From assembly GCA_951406725.2 (NCBI GenBank), contig OX597832.1, positions 24,304,001 through 24,368,000 on the forward strand: 64,000 nucleotides of DNA. The letters run 5' to 3'. The stretch is from Octopus vulgaris. Lineage: Eukaryota. Both the position numbers and the translations under genes were made by a program. The notes beneath the pieces are model-generated. The model was not told the origin of the DNA. It did not search any database and saw only the letters and a program-made list of their open reading frames with translations. Within the stretch, counting starts at the first letter, position 1; each line of letters starts with the position of its first letter. Below are positions 62,893 through 64,000 of this stretch, in pieces.

Positions 62893-62954
<62 letters not shown>

Positions 62955-63173
62955 ATATATATAAGTCTCTCTATATATATGTATATATTATATTAAATTA
63001 GAGACAAAACCACTATTAGGCAAATCATACAATGAAAAACTTAAGCCAATACATAAGATTATTTAATTTATATTTATAAGTTTGGATTTATTCCCTAATA
63101 TTTATTATTATATATATATAAAGTATCAGAGCGAATAAAAAAATATTCAATCCATAATTTTTAGTCTGACTTC

Positions 63174-63205
<32 letters not shown>

Positions 63206-63715
63206 CAACCCAACATCTATTAAAACTAGCCAACCCTAACTATGTATACATGTAGCTTTTGAAAATGATTAATTAGAAATATTAGCCAAATGTCCTCTCA
63301 AATAACACTCTTATGCTGTCTTGGGAAGGGGAAAAAATAGTAAAAGACTTATTAGATATTCCATTAACCACCAATATTCCTATACAGAAAAAACAAAATG
63401 GTTTTTGGGTTGTCTGAAGAAGACGAGATGGTCACAGCTGGCATAGATTTGTGTTATGCTGTTTTCTGTTCGATGTAGAACGAACGACTGGTGAATATGT
63501 TTCGAGAGAGGACACTTTATTACGAGAATAGTTCTAGATATTTCTAAAACAGTCGGGATGGTCACCATTTTGTGGAAAGCACTTACTAAATAATTGTATT
63601 TCTAGATGTTTTGAGTTTCCGCGCTTTTTTTCTTCTTCTTTTGTTTTTTAATTGACCCTAAATTCACATCGGTCATTTCATTGCGCTTTTAGCCGAGGAT
63701 ATTATTTTATATAAT

Positions 63716-63749
<34 letters not shown>

Positions 63750-63933
63750 TGTTGGTATGCTTGATAATACAAATAGGATAGGTAAAACTCAAAACAAGAC
63801 ATTTTGGCATTCTTTCGGATCGACTCGACGATTCAATGACAAGAAATCGGTTGTTTCCGTGACAAAAAATTTTAATGGGCAGAAATATAGTGACCCAAAG
63901 GCCGAGGGTTTTGAGAGAGTGTGTGTATATATT

Positions 63934-63966
<33 letters not shown>

Positions 63967-64000
63967 ATATATATGTGTGTGTGTGTATATATATGTGTGT

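Overview
Eukaryotic, AT-rich, intron- and repeat-dense DNA. The SINE families and microsatellite load suggest a coleoid cephalopod, probably Octopus (inference). Three spliced genes were reconstructed by hand with GT-AG sites and consistent phases. (1) A complete SELENBP1/methanethiol oxidase gene on + (11 coding exons, 1761-28007, 475 aa). (2) MCCC1, 3-methylcrotonyl-CoA carboxylase alpha, on - (16 exons, 55952-32306, 674 aa from an ATG split by an intron). (3) The first coding exon of CDK8/19 on + (61138-61265), head-to-head with MCCC1. Introns hold at least four SINE families, mariner relics, piggyBac-, Mutator- and Merlin/hAT-like MITEs, Helentron-like elements, an RTE LINE end and many foldback hairpins. 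Best leads: MCCC1 apparently lacks a mitochondrial presequence, while SELENBP1 has gained a C-terminal -HKL (PTS1-like) tail; a tRNA-headed SINE occurs as TSD-bounded monomers, a dimer and a tetramer with a fixed junction, suggesting a circular RNA template or template jumping; and several small elements, two of them embedded in (TA)n, carry minimal hammerhead-ribozyme-like motifs. Nearly all ORFs in the supplied track are repeat artefacts.
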